From Isurus oxyrinchus (taxonomy: Eukaryota): a stretch of 64,000 nt of DNA. The translations under genes and the position numbers were made by a program. This document shows positions 51,560 through 64,000 of this stretch, in pieces; the stretch's first letter is position 1; each line of letters starts with the position of its first letter. Location: contig JANJGN010000056.1 of NCBI GenBank assembly GCA_026770705.1, forward strand, positions 496,001 to 560,000, given 5' to 3'. The notes under the pieces were generated by a model, which was given only the letters and a program-made list of their open reading frames with translations, was not told the origin of the DNA and did no database searches.

Positions 51560-54500
51560 GTAAGAGCCTAAATACAATCAGTGGACGTATAACTGGATAT
51601 TGACTTTGTACTCAAAAGGCGTTTCTGGTAACGTGAAATAGTTCGTTTTCTGTTGGAGAGTCATCAAAGGTTAGGTGTCACGTTACATGACTTCTTAAGG
51701 TTGCTTTATGTGTCACGCAGCTTTCTACAGTGTTGACCATCTTCATTCTTTGGGGAATTTCTTGAATTTGGGTGGGGTTCTGCAATAATTGTCATAACCA
51801 AGTTCAGACCGTGTTTAAAATTGGAGGTAATTGGAGGTATGGAAATCATTGCAGGGGCAAATTCGCATTCTGCAGAATTCGGTTGCACTTATTGAAAGTG
51901 TTTGCTCACGGTTTTCACCTGTTTTCCAATATCGCAAGCAACAAATTCCCTTTCAAATCATCTAATTTTTCATAGCGATAGTTTTGCAAATCAGTGTGAA
52001 ATGATGATATCTGTAAGCTTGGCTGAAACACAGTGTTGTCTGCGCTTAAGACATTCCGATGTCTGACTCACTTGTATATTGATAGACATGAATTTGAACA
52101 GCCTTTGTCCATGACCACATTGATGGAATTACTTAATTTAAGCGTGATCGTCGATTTATGCTCGGGAAGCTTCCATTGACAACATGTTGACAATGACCGG
52201 ATTTTTTATTTGGTGATTTTAGCAGATTGTAGAAATATCGGTCAGGACATAACTGGCTATGACAATGTTGCTCCTCGAATAATTGGAATTGAATCTTCTA
52301 CATTTTCCTCGTCAATCGTGAATCTGTTCTTAAAGGTTCTACTTGCGATAGTGCAGAATTACTTCACTAAGAGATTGGACCATGAGCTAAGAACTTTGTT
52401 CTGAATTTCTGGTGCCGGAAGTAAATCGTTAAACATCTATCTCAGCACGGAGATTTCAACTGACTGGGCCATAAGTGGTCTGATTTTGAAACACCTACGC
52501 ACCCCGAATAGTTATCTGGTTCTTATTATTCTGCCCCATTTAGTTTCTCGCCCTCTACTACCTGCTGGTCTAGATGAAACTTCCAAATCTAACTGATTTA
52601 CAGGGAGAATTGAATTGAGTTGGTTTAAACGATTTTCGGACTCCCCTGTCTCTTTGTGAATCTCGCATTGCTAAGTGACAAAAGGACATAGATTCAGAGG
52701 CAATGGGAGCAGAAGTTAGAAAGGTGGCCGCTCGCGCTTGCTCCACTATTGAACTATATTATGGCTGTAATCATGCCTTCATGTCATTCCCTTGTACTAT
52801 CTCATATCTCTGGGCGAAGTTAATATTTAGAAATTGGTTCATTGCACTGCCTTCAACATACCCGATGACTGAGCCTCTGCCGCTGTTGCGGGAGATAATT
52901 TCAAACATTTGCTGCTCTCTGAGTGAAGGAATGTCTGCAGTAAATGTTATTTTGAAATTGTTTTTCATGATATTAGACAGACCCGCCAGCGAAACATCCC
53001 TCCATCATAGATAACATGGAACACTGTAAGAATGGTGTATGTTTCAGTGAGATCAATTCTCATTTGGCAAAGCTCCAGAGAGCAGAGAGTCAGCCTCGTC
53101 AATGTCTCCACATTGGAAAATCGCAGCTAATTCCCAGTAATCCAAGGAATTCTCTGGTTAATTCTCTGTCGCACAGTGACAACAGCGAACACCAAAAGGA
53201 GAAATTGGAATTCTTGTCCAGCACCACAACCATCACCATAATAATTCCACATGGAAATTGAGGAGTTGGAGATAGGTTGGGCTTGGAATTCCAAATTATG
53301 GTTGTGCACATCCCTGCTCCAGCTGATGGCCCAAAGTGTCTGGTGAATGCCCACATTGGTGTTGCTGATCTGCTTGAAATCTACCCGTATCGCACAACGG
53401 TAGTGTCACACTATACCATGGAAGAACATTCCAACGTGAAGGCCGACTAAGTCTGCACAAGGAACGTGAGGTGTTCTATCCTATCAATCCTGTAATGGGC
53501 AGGTGCATATGCTGCTTGAAGGTTGGTGAGGCTAGTTCATTTCGGGCTTTGCACCTTGTTGGTTCACTGATCACCTGCAAAAGAGCCAGTCTAGCAGTTA
53601 TCAGTCGGAGTCGGCCTGATCAGCCATTAATGGTGCTACCGATCCTGTCTTGGTCATAGACATTGACGTCCTCTGTGTACAATAGTTTTTCTTTCTGGCC
53701 ACTCCCTAAAACTGTGTTTTATGCCCCACAAGAGTGCATAAGTTAAAGGTGAGGGGCAACCGGTTTAGGAGGAATTTGAGAAAAAGCATTTTTACCCAGG
53801 GAGAGGTGACTGTCTGGAATGTGCTGCCTGGGAGGATGTTGGAGGCGGGTTGCCTCACATTCTTTAAAAAGTGCCTGTATAAGCACTTGGCTTGTCGTAA
53901 CATTCATGGCTATGGTCCAAGTGCTTGTCAATGTTATTACGTATGTATTTCAGGTGTTTCTCGCTTGTCGGTGAAGACTCATTGGGCCAAAGAGACTCTT
54001 CCGCACTATGATTCTGTGATTCTATGTTTTGTCCATGGATGCTCATTCAGTCATAATCTTAGGGGAAGGGGAGGTGTTCAACATAAACGAATATTTATTG
54101 CCCGTGTTTTACATAATGCCAGGAGGTTTCACATAAGTACCATGTGCTCTTAATGCTCTGGAAAGTGGTGCACAGTGAACGGAGGGGCGTGGCAAAATGG
54201 TATTTAGGAAAGCAAGATTGCAATTGTGCGAAGCCTAAAAAGCCATTTTTGATGAAGTTATTTTGCTAAGTTGTTGGTTGATGATTGATACGAATTTAAA
54301 ATCAGTAAGAATAACTATTCGGTAAAGATAAACAGCTTGAATCATTAAAGCTAAGGACTGGTTCCCAATCAAGCAGCCGGCTTTGCCCTGGATTAGGTCA
54401 ATATTGTTGAATGTTATTGAAGCGGAACTCATGCAGAAAACTGCTGTGTTTTCCACTACATTCCTGAATTGTGCATTGCAGATGGAGGGAAGGTTTTGGA

Positions 54501-54992
54501 TATTTAGGGGGTGATGTCCTCGTGACAGAATTGTGAGCTTCCGACCTGCCCTTCCTTTCACAGTTTCTAGACGATGGTTTTTCCATCGATGTAAAAATCG
54601 GGAATTAAACGATGGAAATACCATTAAATGTCTAGGAGAATTGGTTGGATACTCTGTTTTTGTAGGTGGTATATGCCTGTCAGTTGTGTGGTGCTAACAT
54701 GACTTGTCAGTTTTCATCAGAAGCCTGGATATTGCCCAGGACGTGATGCACACGGGCAAGATTCCTTCCGTATCTTTTAACTTGCGAATGTTGTTGAACT
54801 TTGAACAATCGTCAGCGGACACTACCCCAACGCCCGTCCCCCACTGCAAACCTTCCTCTGGGAATATGATGCAGAGAAGTCAATTAATGAAGCAGCTCAG
54901 GTTGGTTTGGCTCAGGATATTGCCCATAGGATCTCGTGCAGTGATGTCATTGGAATAAGTTGATTCACCTTCAAAACAAAACAAAATATAAA

Positions 54993-55104
54993 TCTCGAAA
55001 CGTCAACTCTTCTCTTCTCCGCCGATGCTGACAGATGCGCTGAGTTTTTCCAGCTAATTATGTTTTTGTTATTTATTTCCAACATCCGCAGTTTTTTTGT
55101 TTTT
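54993..55104 (+). mobile_element. 112-bp Penelope 3'-end insertion with 10-bp target-site duplication
   Basis: Reads CTCGAAACGTCAACTC...CATCCGCAGTTTTT. AAAATATAAA is duplicated at 54983-54992 and 55105-55114. The insertion is absent at the paralogous site at about 30110-30130. Confidence 0.85.
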
Positions 55105-58100
55105 AAAATATAAACCTTCTTTTGTGATACGTATGACTGCAATCAATGTGCAGGTCCCCCATTATTTTTATTGACCCCAATCCTGATATATCTCCTTGAC
55201 AAAACATTATGTGAAATGTTGTCTTCATGTAAACAGGAGCCGCTCTCCAATCACCACTTTTGGCCATGTTTGGTTTAAGGCCGAACCGAGAGCTGGAGCT
55301 CGTATGAAGCAAAAAATGGTCACCAGTGAGCAGGTTACTTCCGAGTACGTGGCGATTGAAAGCAATGCCCATGACGCATTCCATCACTTTGTTCATGATG
55401 ATCATTAGTCACATTTGGTGGTAATTTGATTGTTTGGATTTGACGTGTTTTGTTTTTGTGGATAGGCCCAGCTATGCAACTGCTCACCTTTTCGCGTGCA
55501 TGCCAGTGTTTTAGCTGTACTATACCAGGTTCTCTAGGAAGGTTTATTCAGGAGCACTGATCTCCCAGAAAATTGCTGGTATCCGACAGCACCCATAGTC
55601 TCTTCATCATGCAGTTCCTTCAGTCATTCCTTCACCTCAAGTGTTGTGAACCACATTGGCTCAAAACTGGCTTCTGTGTTGCTCTCATCCACAGAAGGGG
55701 GCCGGGATGATGCATCCACCAGTCACGTCAGTCTGAATATGGTGGCAAGTTCTTCAACCATGTATATGCACTAGTATGCTGTGCTCCACAGTCATTGCTG
55801 ATGTGTTTATTGGTGGTGTCCGCCACCACTGAGTCATGCAATTTTCCAACAACATTGAAGATGTCATGAGCAGAACTTCAGAGCTAAGATAACGTTATTT
55901 TCTGCTGGGATTAATTAGACCTGTCAATTGCATGCTGCATCCGCTGCTTTGCATGCAAGTTGTCCTGTCTTGCAATTCACCAGGTCAAAGCCGTGTTGTT
56001 AGGTATGATTGCTGCTCCTCCTGATATATGACTGATGTGAACAAAAGGCATCCGTTCGAGCACTTCACATTGGAGGCCTGGAACGGCAAGAGCAGAAGTG
56101 GCCTGGGAATACTATTATTGCAAAATCATTTCCAAGTCACACCATATCCTTACTTGGAGATACATCAGCATTCCCTGACTGCCAGTGAATCAAATTCCTG
56201 TAAACACATCGCTCGAAACACTGTTTGCGCACCCGCATCACATGGACAGCAAGAAGAAGAATATGTGATATCGGAAAAAAATACTAATCTTGCCAATGAT
56301 TCCCACGAAAAGAAAGTGCTGCATAATGCCGAATCTATGAATGTTTCTTTGTCATTTGATAATGAAAGGACGTCCCTGTGTTTTTACTTTGTGATGGTAA
56401 ACTAAGGTGAACTATAACGTGCATGTTTTAATTCAAATCCTTTGCAATAATCCGCTTATCAACTGAGGACATGTGTCATCATTTCACGTCTGAATGCCTA
56501 CATCTGCAGCCAAAACGATTGGCTGTAATTTTCATCACCAAATCGCACGCCAAACCCTCACCCTCACACTTCCTATCACCACTCGCACCCACCCGGCCAC
56601 CACAACCCCCTCCACCGCATCACCCACCCGCCTCAAAATAGTCAAAGTTCCAACGTAGATAAATTACATGCAGCGGGTAAAATGATTTTGCGTTCTTAAT
56701 TCTCGCCATTTACAGATGGAGAACGGGCGGGCCCACCTATCTCAGGTTACTAATTAACAGGGTATTGAGCTTGTGAGTGAACCAATCGTATGTTCTCCTG
56801 TTTGGTGCATTGCATTTGCTGTGGCTCAGGCGAGAAAAATAATTTGTTTAGTGCAGCTACTGTGAGACGGCAAATTGTCGGAAAGGAACTCCTGCCTCCA
56901 GCAGCATCATCGAATAAAACAGCAGATTGTGCTGGGGAAGATGGCAGCATCTTCATGGTTTTTATCTCACTTTTTTGTTTCTTGCCTGGGCTTTCAATGA
57001 AACATATTTTTCGAAAAAAATTCTGAGAGTAGGTTGTCTTGAGCTTGTAGCCAGACCGACTCTCTGGTCATAGCATTACACTCTGCCGCATGAGGTCCAG
57101 GCATTCACTGCCGACTGGATTTGGACACCATTTTGCATCACTCATTGCCTCTTCCGCGGAATTGGATGAGTTGAGGAGGTAGAGGTCGTCTAAGGGAGGG
57201 TGAGTGGGACAAGATGGAGCAGACCACTCATTTTGCATTTCGCCAATCTCACGTTTCCGCAAAATGTAAAATCCAGTCTGATGCCTACTTAATGTAATGT
57301 TACTTTAGGGACCTAAGTCACTTTTCGCGTTTTTAACCTGCAGCGGGGGAACTTCTGCATTTCTACAGTAACTGTTGCTACCTAGTCTGCAGAAATGTGT
57401 CATAACCAAAAAACACAGTTCAGTGGATCTGACTCTGTGTTACATGAGCCAGAGCATTCACAACGTCCCTGAAATGAATTGGAGCTTCAGAATCTGCTTT
57501 ACATACAAACGATGCTGCAGAAAATTGTTATTTTGTGCTTACATTATGAATCAAACATGACTCTTGAACTGATACGGAGTTAGGAAAGTGGCAGAATCTC
57601 CATCGCTCTGTCGTTCATCAGACTGGGGTACTTACGGGAACGACACCAAGAGGCAAATTAATCAAAGTCCACTGAACCTGTTCTATGTTTCTTTTCACAA
57701 ACAGCAAATCAGTAACAGGTAAGAAGCAGATTGCTTTTGCAGAGAGCAATTCCTCAGCATATATACATGTTCACTTCTCCACTTAATTTATCAGGGGCTT
57801 ATATGGATAATATACTTGATATTTGTATATTTAATTTGAAAGATAAAATACTGAATAATGGTTTCTATAGTTCACTATTAAATTCGGTAGAGGATTGCGT
57901 GGTTCATTCGTGGGGAATTTCAATGGTTAATTTGGAGGAAATTTCTGGAAACTTGATAATGTATTGGATAGTAGTTTTGAAAATTAATTTGCTCAAACAT
58001 TGGCGGCTTCATTATATAATTACGTACATTACTCTCTTTTTCCTGTTTTAATAGTTTCCTTATTTACAGATCTGGCCAGTACAGCTTCAGGTGCTGATAA

Positions 58101-60859
58101 TTTCGTTAAATATCTTTGTTTAGCTCAATAAAGCGAATTGATAATTAGGACTCTCAGTGAAAATTAATGACATTGTAATGAAATAAATACTAGATTTGCT
58201 CAGGGAATAATAGGTATAGTGTTAATGAAGGGAAACTTTATTTTTGACGTTTCTTTTGGGCTGTAAATAAGTCAAAACGGCTTTGACTTTCTAACGTTTC
58301 CCTCGCTTTCTAGTGCAGCCTATCTGATCAAAAGAAAATCCACCTTCAACTTATATACATTACCTAGCGTTTTCAAGGCTGTTTGTGATTATCTCCGACA
58401 GTTCCAATCAAGTCAATCAAAGTTTGACGCTTACATTCGAATTAGAACGTTGTGAATGGGAGGCAGCAGCTGCCAAATGGCCTGTGTTTGTCACCTTATA
58501 AAGATTATTTTTGTGTGGTCAGAGCTTGGCAACTTACAAGCTGAAGGAATGGGAAATTCTGTTTGACTTTATCCGACTAATACAAATTACTTTTTTCAAA
58601 GTTCATGCAAATAATTACTCAACATCTTCAGGAATTATGATCCAAAATGATATTTCACCACCCCTTTTATAGACATTGCTCCATTGCATTGATGTTTTCC
58701 GAAATACAAGTTTGCAAAAACTACACATTCAGTCTGCTTCAGGTTGCAAATCCTTGAAAGCACTTGGTACTTCAGTGAACTCTCTATTCACTCATACCTC
58801 GATTGTGAGAATGTGCATTTCCATTCCTTAATCTGGGCATCCTGAGTCTGAACGGAAATTTCAGCCGAAAAGCTATTCTGCACCATTGCAAGAGCCAGCA
58901 AATCCCATCCGACACGATAAGTACCAGAAGTACAAACAAAATTTCAGAAGCCAACCAATTACGTTTCATATTAATTAAGACTAGAGTTATTTAAATTGCT
59001 TTGAAATGCAGATTAAAAATAAATAACCGTGTTAATTAAGTTATTAAATGTATGGCAGGAACAAATTGGTTCATTGCAATTCACTGAGAAACTCTTCAAA
59101 ATTCAACGGAGTTTTAGTAGTTTAGTTGAACAAAAGAGACCTTGTTGCAGCCATGATTATCCGAGGCTCACGTCAATTTCGTATGATTTATAAAGATTAT
59201 TGGATTTAATCACTAGTAAGTAGAAATGCTTCATTTAATCTTCAATATGATAACACAACTGTGAATTCCATGGCTAATTAACAAAAATGTTCTTGCATTT
59301 TGAAAAAGAAATATATATTTTACCAAATAATGCTAAAATTCAAGGATGTTATGATGCAAACCAATCTGAAATAAAAATAGCTGCAAGATATGTTAATTTA
59401 ACCATGCATATGTTAGGATTTAGCTCTTTATCATCGGGTAATACACACTTTGTTGTTTTCCTCTTCTAATCATATAATAGACCTAAAATAATCTATCTAC
59501 TCAAATCGATGTGCCTATCACAGTCCATGTCGACCTGGAACGTTTACACTTGGTGTCCTACGAGGGTCGGTGTTCAGCTTCACATTTCAAATCATTTCTC
59601 ATGGTTACTGTGAATGAAACGCAAGTGACTCCCTTATACCCTCTCGGAAACTAAGTGCCTCCATCAACATCCGATCAATCAATGGGAACGTTCATCTGTC
59701 TCCTCAGAATAGATAGTTGATTTTAACTATTGGAATCACATCTTCGAATTGCTAGCTCACCACACATTACCAACAATGTGTCGTGCATCGCTGTGATTCC
59801 AATTGTACCTGCATTTTGCGATATCCATTCATTACACTTTAAAACTAATTATACCAGAAAGAAGCGTTGCACTGCGCAATAACTACTCTGCATTCCCGAT
59901 GGCCAATAAATATTGAATACTTAACCTGATAGCAATGTCACTGTTCCCATTCGGCTATTCAACTGCCGCCTTGATCAGCATCAACTATACCCAGTCGGCA
60001 AAGCAATTTTGCTTCACTTTGTCTGCAATGAATTAGCGCTGCATTCACCTGATTATACCTTCACAGTGCCCAGCCTGCATATTAATCTTTCATTACTGAG
60101 TCTGCCTTAAAACATCTGCCTCATCAGCCCTCATCCGTTACCACAACGTTTCACTACGAATCTGCATAAATATGTCACCTTGTTTTGATGGTCATTAGAC
60201 GGCATCTGTGTGGACTCCTGGGTAAACTTTTATACGGTCTTGTCTATGCTAGTGTTTCTTTGTTGCTCAGTGACCATTCTAACAGGCCCTGTGCAACTAC
60301 TATTCCATCTTTACACTCCAATCGTTTCAGAGTATATCCATGCTGCCGGCCAGGATTTTAACTTCGAGCTGTCAGGCCTGTTGCACAGTAACCCTTCCAA
60401 AAACTTATCACATCTATAAACCACGCATCACACATTGCAGTACTACCTCTTGCAGAGTATAACTCTACTTAGCCCATTTTGCAGCTTCATTTCCCAATTT
60501 ATATTTCATCCTCACACATGAATTATCTCTTTACAACCCCAATTTAATATTTAAAATTCAACATTCCCAGCCGTTCTTATACCATAAAATTGTCCAGAAC
60601 AGATTCTCCCTCCAAATGCTCGATCGTTGTTGCAAAGTAGTTGCCCCCAGTTTAAATTGACGATGTTCCTATCAAAAGAGGAATGAACAATTCCCTGTCC
60701 ACATGTACTAAGTCCAATCCACATTTAGTACATGCTCGTCTCGGGAAGCAGGCCCTGCATGTTTGGGTAAAATGCATGAGCCTTTTCTGTAACTGCAAGA
60801 GAAGTTGCCTTGCTCATCTGTGACGTCTATCTCCTTCTCTCTCTATCCCTCACTTACAG

Positions 60860-61766
60860 CTAATGTTGTTGCGATTGTGATCCTTTCCAGAAGAAAGTGT
60901 GGACTTTCCCAGTGCATTACACTCTATATGATGGCCATGGCAGTGGCTGATTTCCTGTTTATTTGTACTGAAGTCATACTGAAGGAGATGCTGGGTGTTT
61001 ATTTTCCGGATTCATTCTTGACAATGAGCACGGTGTGCCATCTAACTGAGACGTTGATTTATATATTCACATCAGCCGCTGTATGGTTAACAGTGGCGTT
61101 CACCTTCGATCGTTTTGTGGTGATATCTTGTCAGGACCTGAAAAAAAATATTGTACAGAGACAACAGGCGCAGCTGTCATATCAGTAGTGAGTGTTTTGA
61201 GTTCTTTGACAAACATTCCCTGGTATTTTGCGTATGAACCTGCATATATAATTGGCAATGTATCTCGCGGTTGCTTCCTAAAACCGACATTTTTCATTTA
61301 TGCTGAATGGGCTGCATTTGATTGGTTTACCCTTACTTTGACCCCATTTGTTCCCTTCATTTTAATTTTGTTGATAAATGTTTTGACGGTGAGACGTATT
61401 TTAGCCGCCAGTAGAGTTCGCAGGGGTCTCCGCGGTTGCTGCAATGGAGAGCATCACAACGATCCAGAGATTGAAAGCCGATGAAAGTCCATCATTTTAC
61501 TGTTCAGTATAACCGGCAGCTTTATGTTGTTCTGGGCAGCTCCGCTTTTATTTTATTTTATCACCCTGCGTACAGCAATCATTTCATATTCTGGCACTAA
61601 TGAACTTGAGTCATTGGGATTCATGCTTGGGCTCCTCAGTTGCTGCACAAATACATTCATTTATGTGCTGACACAGTCTAAGTTTAGGGAGGAGCTGAAG
61701 AAAGGAATGCTCTGCCTTATGGAATGGTGCGTAAAATTAGTCAAATTACAGCTGAAAACCAATTGA
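60860..61766 (+). pseudogene. Exon 2 of GPCR copy B, disrupted (probable pseudogene)
   Basis: Acceptor CTTACAG ends at 60859. The sequence is homologous to copy A throughout. There is a 1-nt deletion in the A-run at 61141-61148 and an in-frame TGA at 61482-61484 where copies A and C have AGA. It is split over ORFs 60805..61188, 61083..61484 and 61524..61766. Confidence 0.88.
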
Positions 61767-63247
61767 CATATGCAGGAGGACATAAACATTGTGCCTGAAG
61801 GGACTAACATTAGCAAAATACTTGAAGCAATATATGGCCACTCTGGACAAAATTATATCCCGCCTAAAAATACTCCTTTATAGTATGGAGTCAAATTGAA
61901 CTCCTTTTCACAGTATACTGTAAACAATGGTGAACATGAGGTGTGATGACAATAATAAAAGAAAATTACTGAACAGCCCGTGTTATTATTGCAGACTTTG
62001 AGAGGATGAATTGTGATGCCAGGTTCTGTAACAATTGAGCTCATTGCAACAGTTGCTCTGAACAGCAAGAGAACACCCCAAACATCACCAGAAGTATCAC
62101 AATAACTCGAACAAGCGTAACTTAGAAAAACGTCACAAATACACTTCAATGTCTCTTCTGGGTCGCATAATGTATTGGGCGGTTTTCAGAACAGGTTTCA
62201 GGAAACCTGGCACCCTCGAAATATCGGACTGTTGCACAATAAGCTGCTGCTCAGAGTTCCATATACCTCACACTACTAAAACAAGTAACGCCTGGCCATC
62301 AAGTGCTTTGTAAAAGACCGGGCATTGCCGCAATTGTCACATGGTACATTTTATCACTCATTCGCAAGATCAATAGGACTTAGAGACGGTTCTATATCTT
62401 GGCTTCGGATTTCCTTACGATTTCTTTGAAAGCTTGCATAGCTCAAACTTAATTATTCACGAACATAGGAGCTGCCACCTCTCCACATGCTCATTCACAA
62501 CAGTCTGTGTTTCACGTTTTCTGGTCCTTTCACACACACGGCCACCAGATGGTTGTTACCACAATTCACAGATGCTGTGGCGATTGAAAATTATTAACTT
62601 GAAATCCACTCATCAAAATAACGAGTGAAGCTTCAAACAGATATCCTCTCCAATTCCAGGCTATGAAACATCCACTCGCTCATGGCCCTACCTTAAACAT
62701 CTTCCTTTGTATTCCTATGTATTTTGAATGTGAACAAAAAATTTTATTCTTCTTTTCACATATTCTTCTCGTTTATTCTCATTTACTTAAACATAGTTCG
62801 TAGAATGCAACCATATACTTTTTAGAACATAGAGCAGATAATTTGACCTACTCTTTCTTTATTGGGTCTCTGAAGCGAAGATGCAGCCTCCTCCTTGTGC
62901 ATGCTGTCTGGATCATTCGGTTTTCTCAGATACTAACACAAAATCGCCTTGACCTTTCCTAGTTGACCAGCCTAATCATCCCGGAAAATGGTTGGCCAGA
63001 AGAACGGCCAATTAAAATGGCAAATGTACACTGGCGTTAGATACAAACTTGCACCCGCCATCACGGAATAAATTATCATTAAAAAAAATGATTTGCTCAT
63101 TGCATGAGGGGCACAGCAAGAAAACCATTTATTGACAACCTCTCATTGCTCTTACAGCAAAGTGAACGTGAACCGCCTTTTTGAGCAGCTACAGTGAATG
63201 TGATATATTCCAGCAGGATACTTAGGACCTGAATTAATAAATACCCA

Positions 63248-63502
63248 TGAAAACAAAGAAAACTGCGGATGCTGGAAATCCAAAACAATAACAGAATTAC
63301 CTGGAAAAACTCAGCAGGTCTGGCAGCATCGGCGGAGAAGAAAAGAGTTGATGTTTCGAGTCCTCATGACCCTTTGACAGAACTTGATTTCGAGTCCAAG
63401 AAAGAGTTGAAATATAAGCTGGTTTGACTCGAAACGTCAACTCTTTTCTTCTCCGCCGATGCTGCCAGACCTGCTGAGTTTTTCCAGGTAATTCTGTTTT
63501 TG
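63248..63502. mobile_element. Short Penelope-end insertion with internal inversion and 14-bp target-site duplication
   Basis: Matches 17947-18130. Inverted arms at 63290-63362 and 63426-63498. TTAATAAATACCCA is duplicated at 63234-63247 and 63503-63516. The paralogous site at about 37957-37980 is empty. Confidence 0.9.
63345..63385 (-). ncRNA. Hammerhead-like motif in the short Penelope insertion
   Basis: The minus strand reads AAGTT-CTGTCAA-A-GGGTC-ATGAG-GACTC-GAAAC-ATC-AACTC. The inverted arm keeps GACTCGAAACGTCAACTC. Confidence 0.55.
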
Positions 63503-64000
63503 TTAATAAATACCCACACCGACAGCTAGGCTAGCACTCTTTTCCAAATAGTTGCTCTGACTGTTTTGCACCTCCACTTTCTAATTATCAACCCTAGCTG
63601 CTGAGCTCCCAGTCCTTTTAGTTCCTTGGGGAACCTGAGTTCCTCAGGATTGTGACCGAGGCCCAACCATGTTTAGCTCCATCATCAAGGATCAGCACTC
63701 CATTGCAAAGTCAGGAATGGGGATGTCCGCTGATGATGCACAATGCTCAACACATTTCCAGATTCCTGAGATAATGAGGCAGCCCATAGGCAAATGAAAC
63801 ATATTCTGGACAATGTACTGTCTTTGGCTTACAATTGGCAAACAACGTTCACACCAGACAAGTGCCAGGCAATGACCGTCTCCAAAAGAGTTAATCTAAA
63901 CAATTCCTGTTTTCGCTCAATGGCATTGACAAATGTCCCACGATCAGCATTGTAACTGTTATCACTGACCGGAAAGTGAACTGGATTAGGCATATAAACA

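Larger units (their letters stand above)
47833..64000 (+). repeat. Segmental duplication unit B (runs off the window end)
   Basis: Direct paralog of 21063-38440. Exon 1 offset is 24,899 bp and exon 2 offset is 25,282 bp. Confidence 0.9.

Noticed and set aside
1-64000. CRISPR arrays, operons, tRNA or rRNA genes
   Set aside because: No regularly spaced repeats, dense coding or intact structural RNA genes were seen. The tRNA-like heads belong to decayed SINEs.

Overview
This is eukaryotic, repeat-rich vertebrate DNA. The repeat families (CR1/HER1-type LINEs, a Deu-domain SINE, Penelope-like elements) and the receptor type point to a cartilaginous fish, which is an inference. The core is a birth-and-death cluster of class A (rhodopsin-like) GPCR genes resembling the GPR139/GPR142 group. 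Copy A is intact with two coding exons, join(26591..26660,35578..36482), 324 aa. Copy B is a tandem paralog about 25 kb downstream (51490..51559 + 60860..61766) with a frameshift and a nonsense codon. Copy C is inverted and 5'-truncated (14549..15046, minus strand). A and B lie in a ~16-17 kb direct segmental duplication that includes a conserved TATA-containing promoter-like block. The rest is mostly decayed retroelements: CR1 ORF1 and ORF2 fragments, RTE fragments, DeuSINEs, a 5'-truncated Penelope-like element (RT + GIY-YIG), and two short Penelope-end insertions with target-site duplications. The Penelope ends carry hammerhead-ribozyme-like motifs. No prokaryotic features were seen, and most ORFs in the supplied track are spurious frames of repeats. 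All alignments were made by eye.
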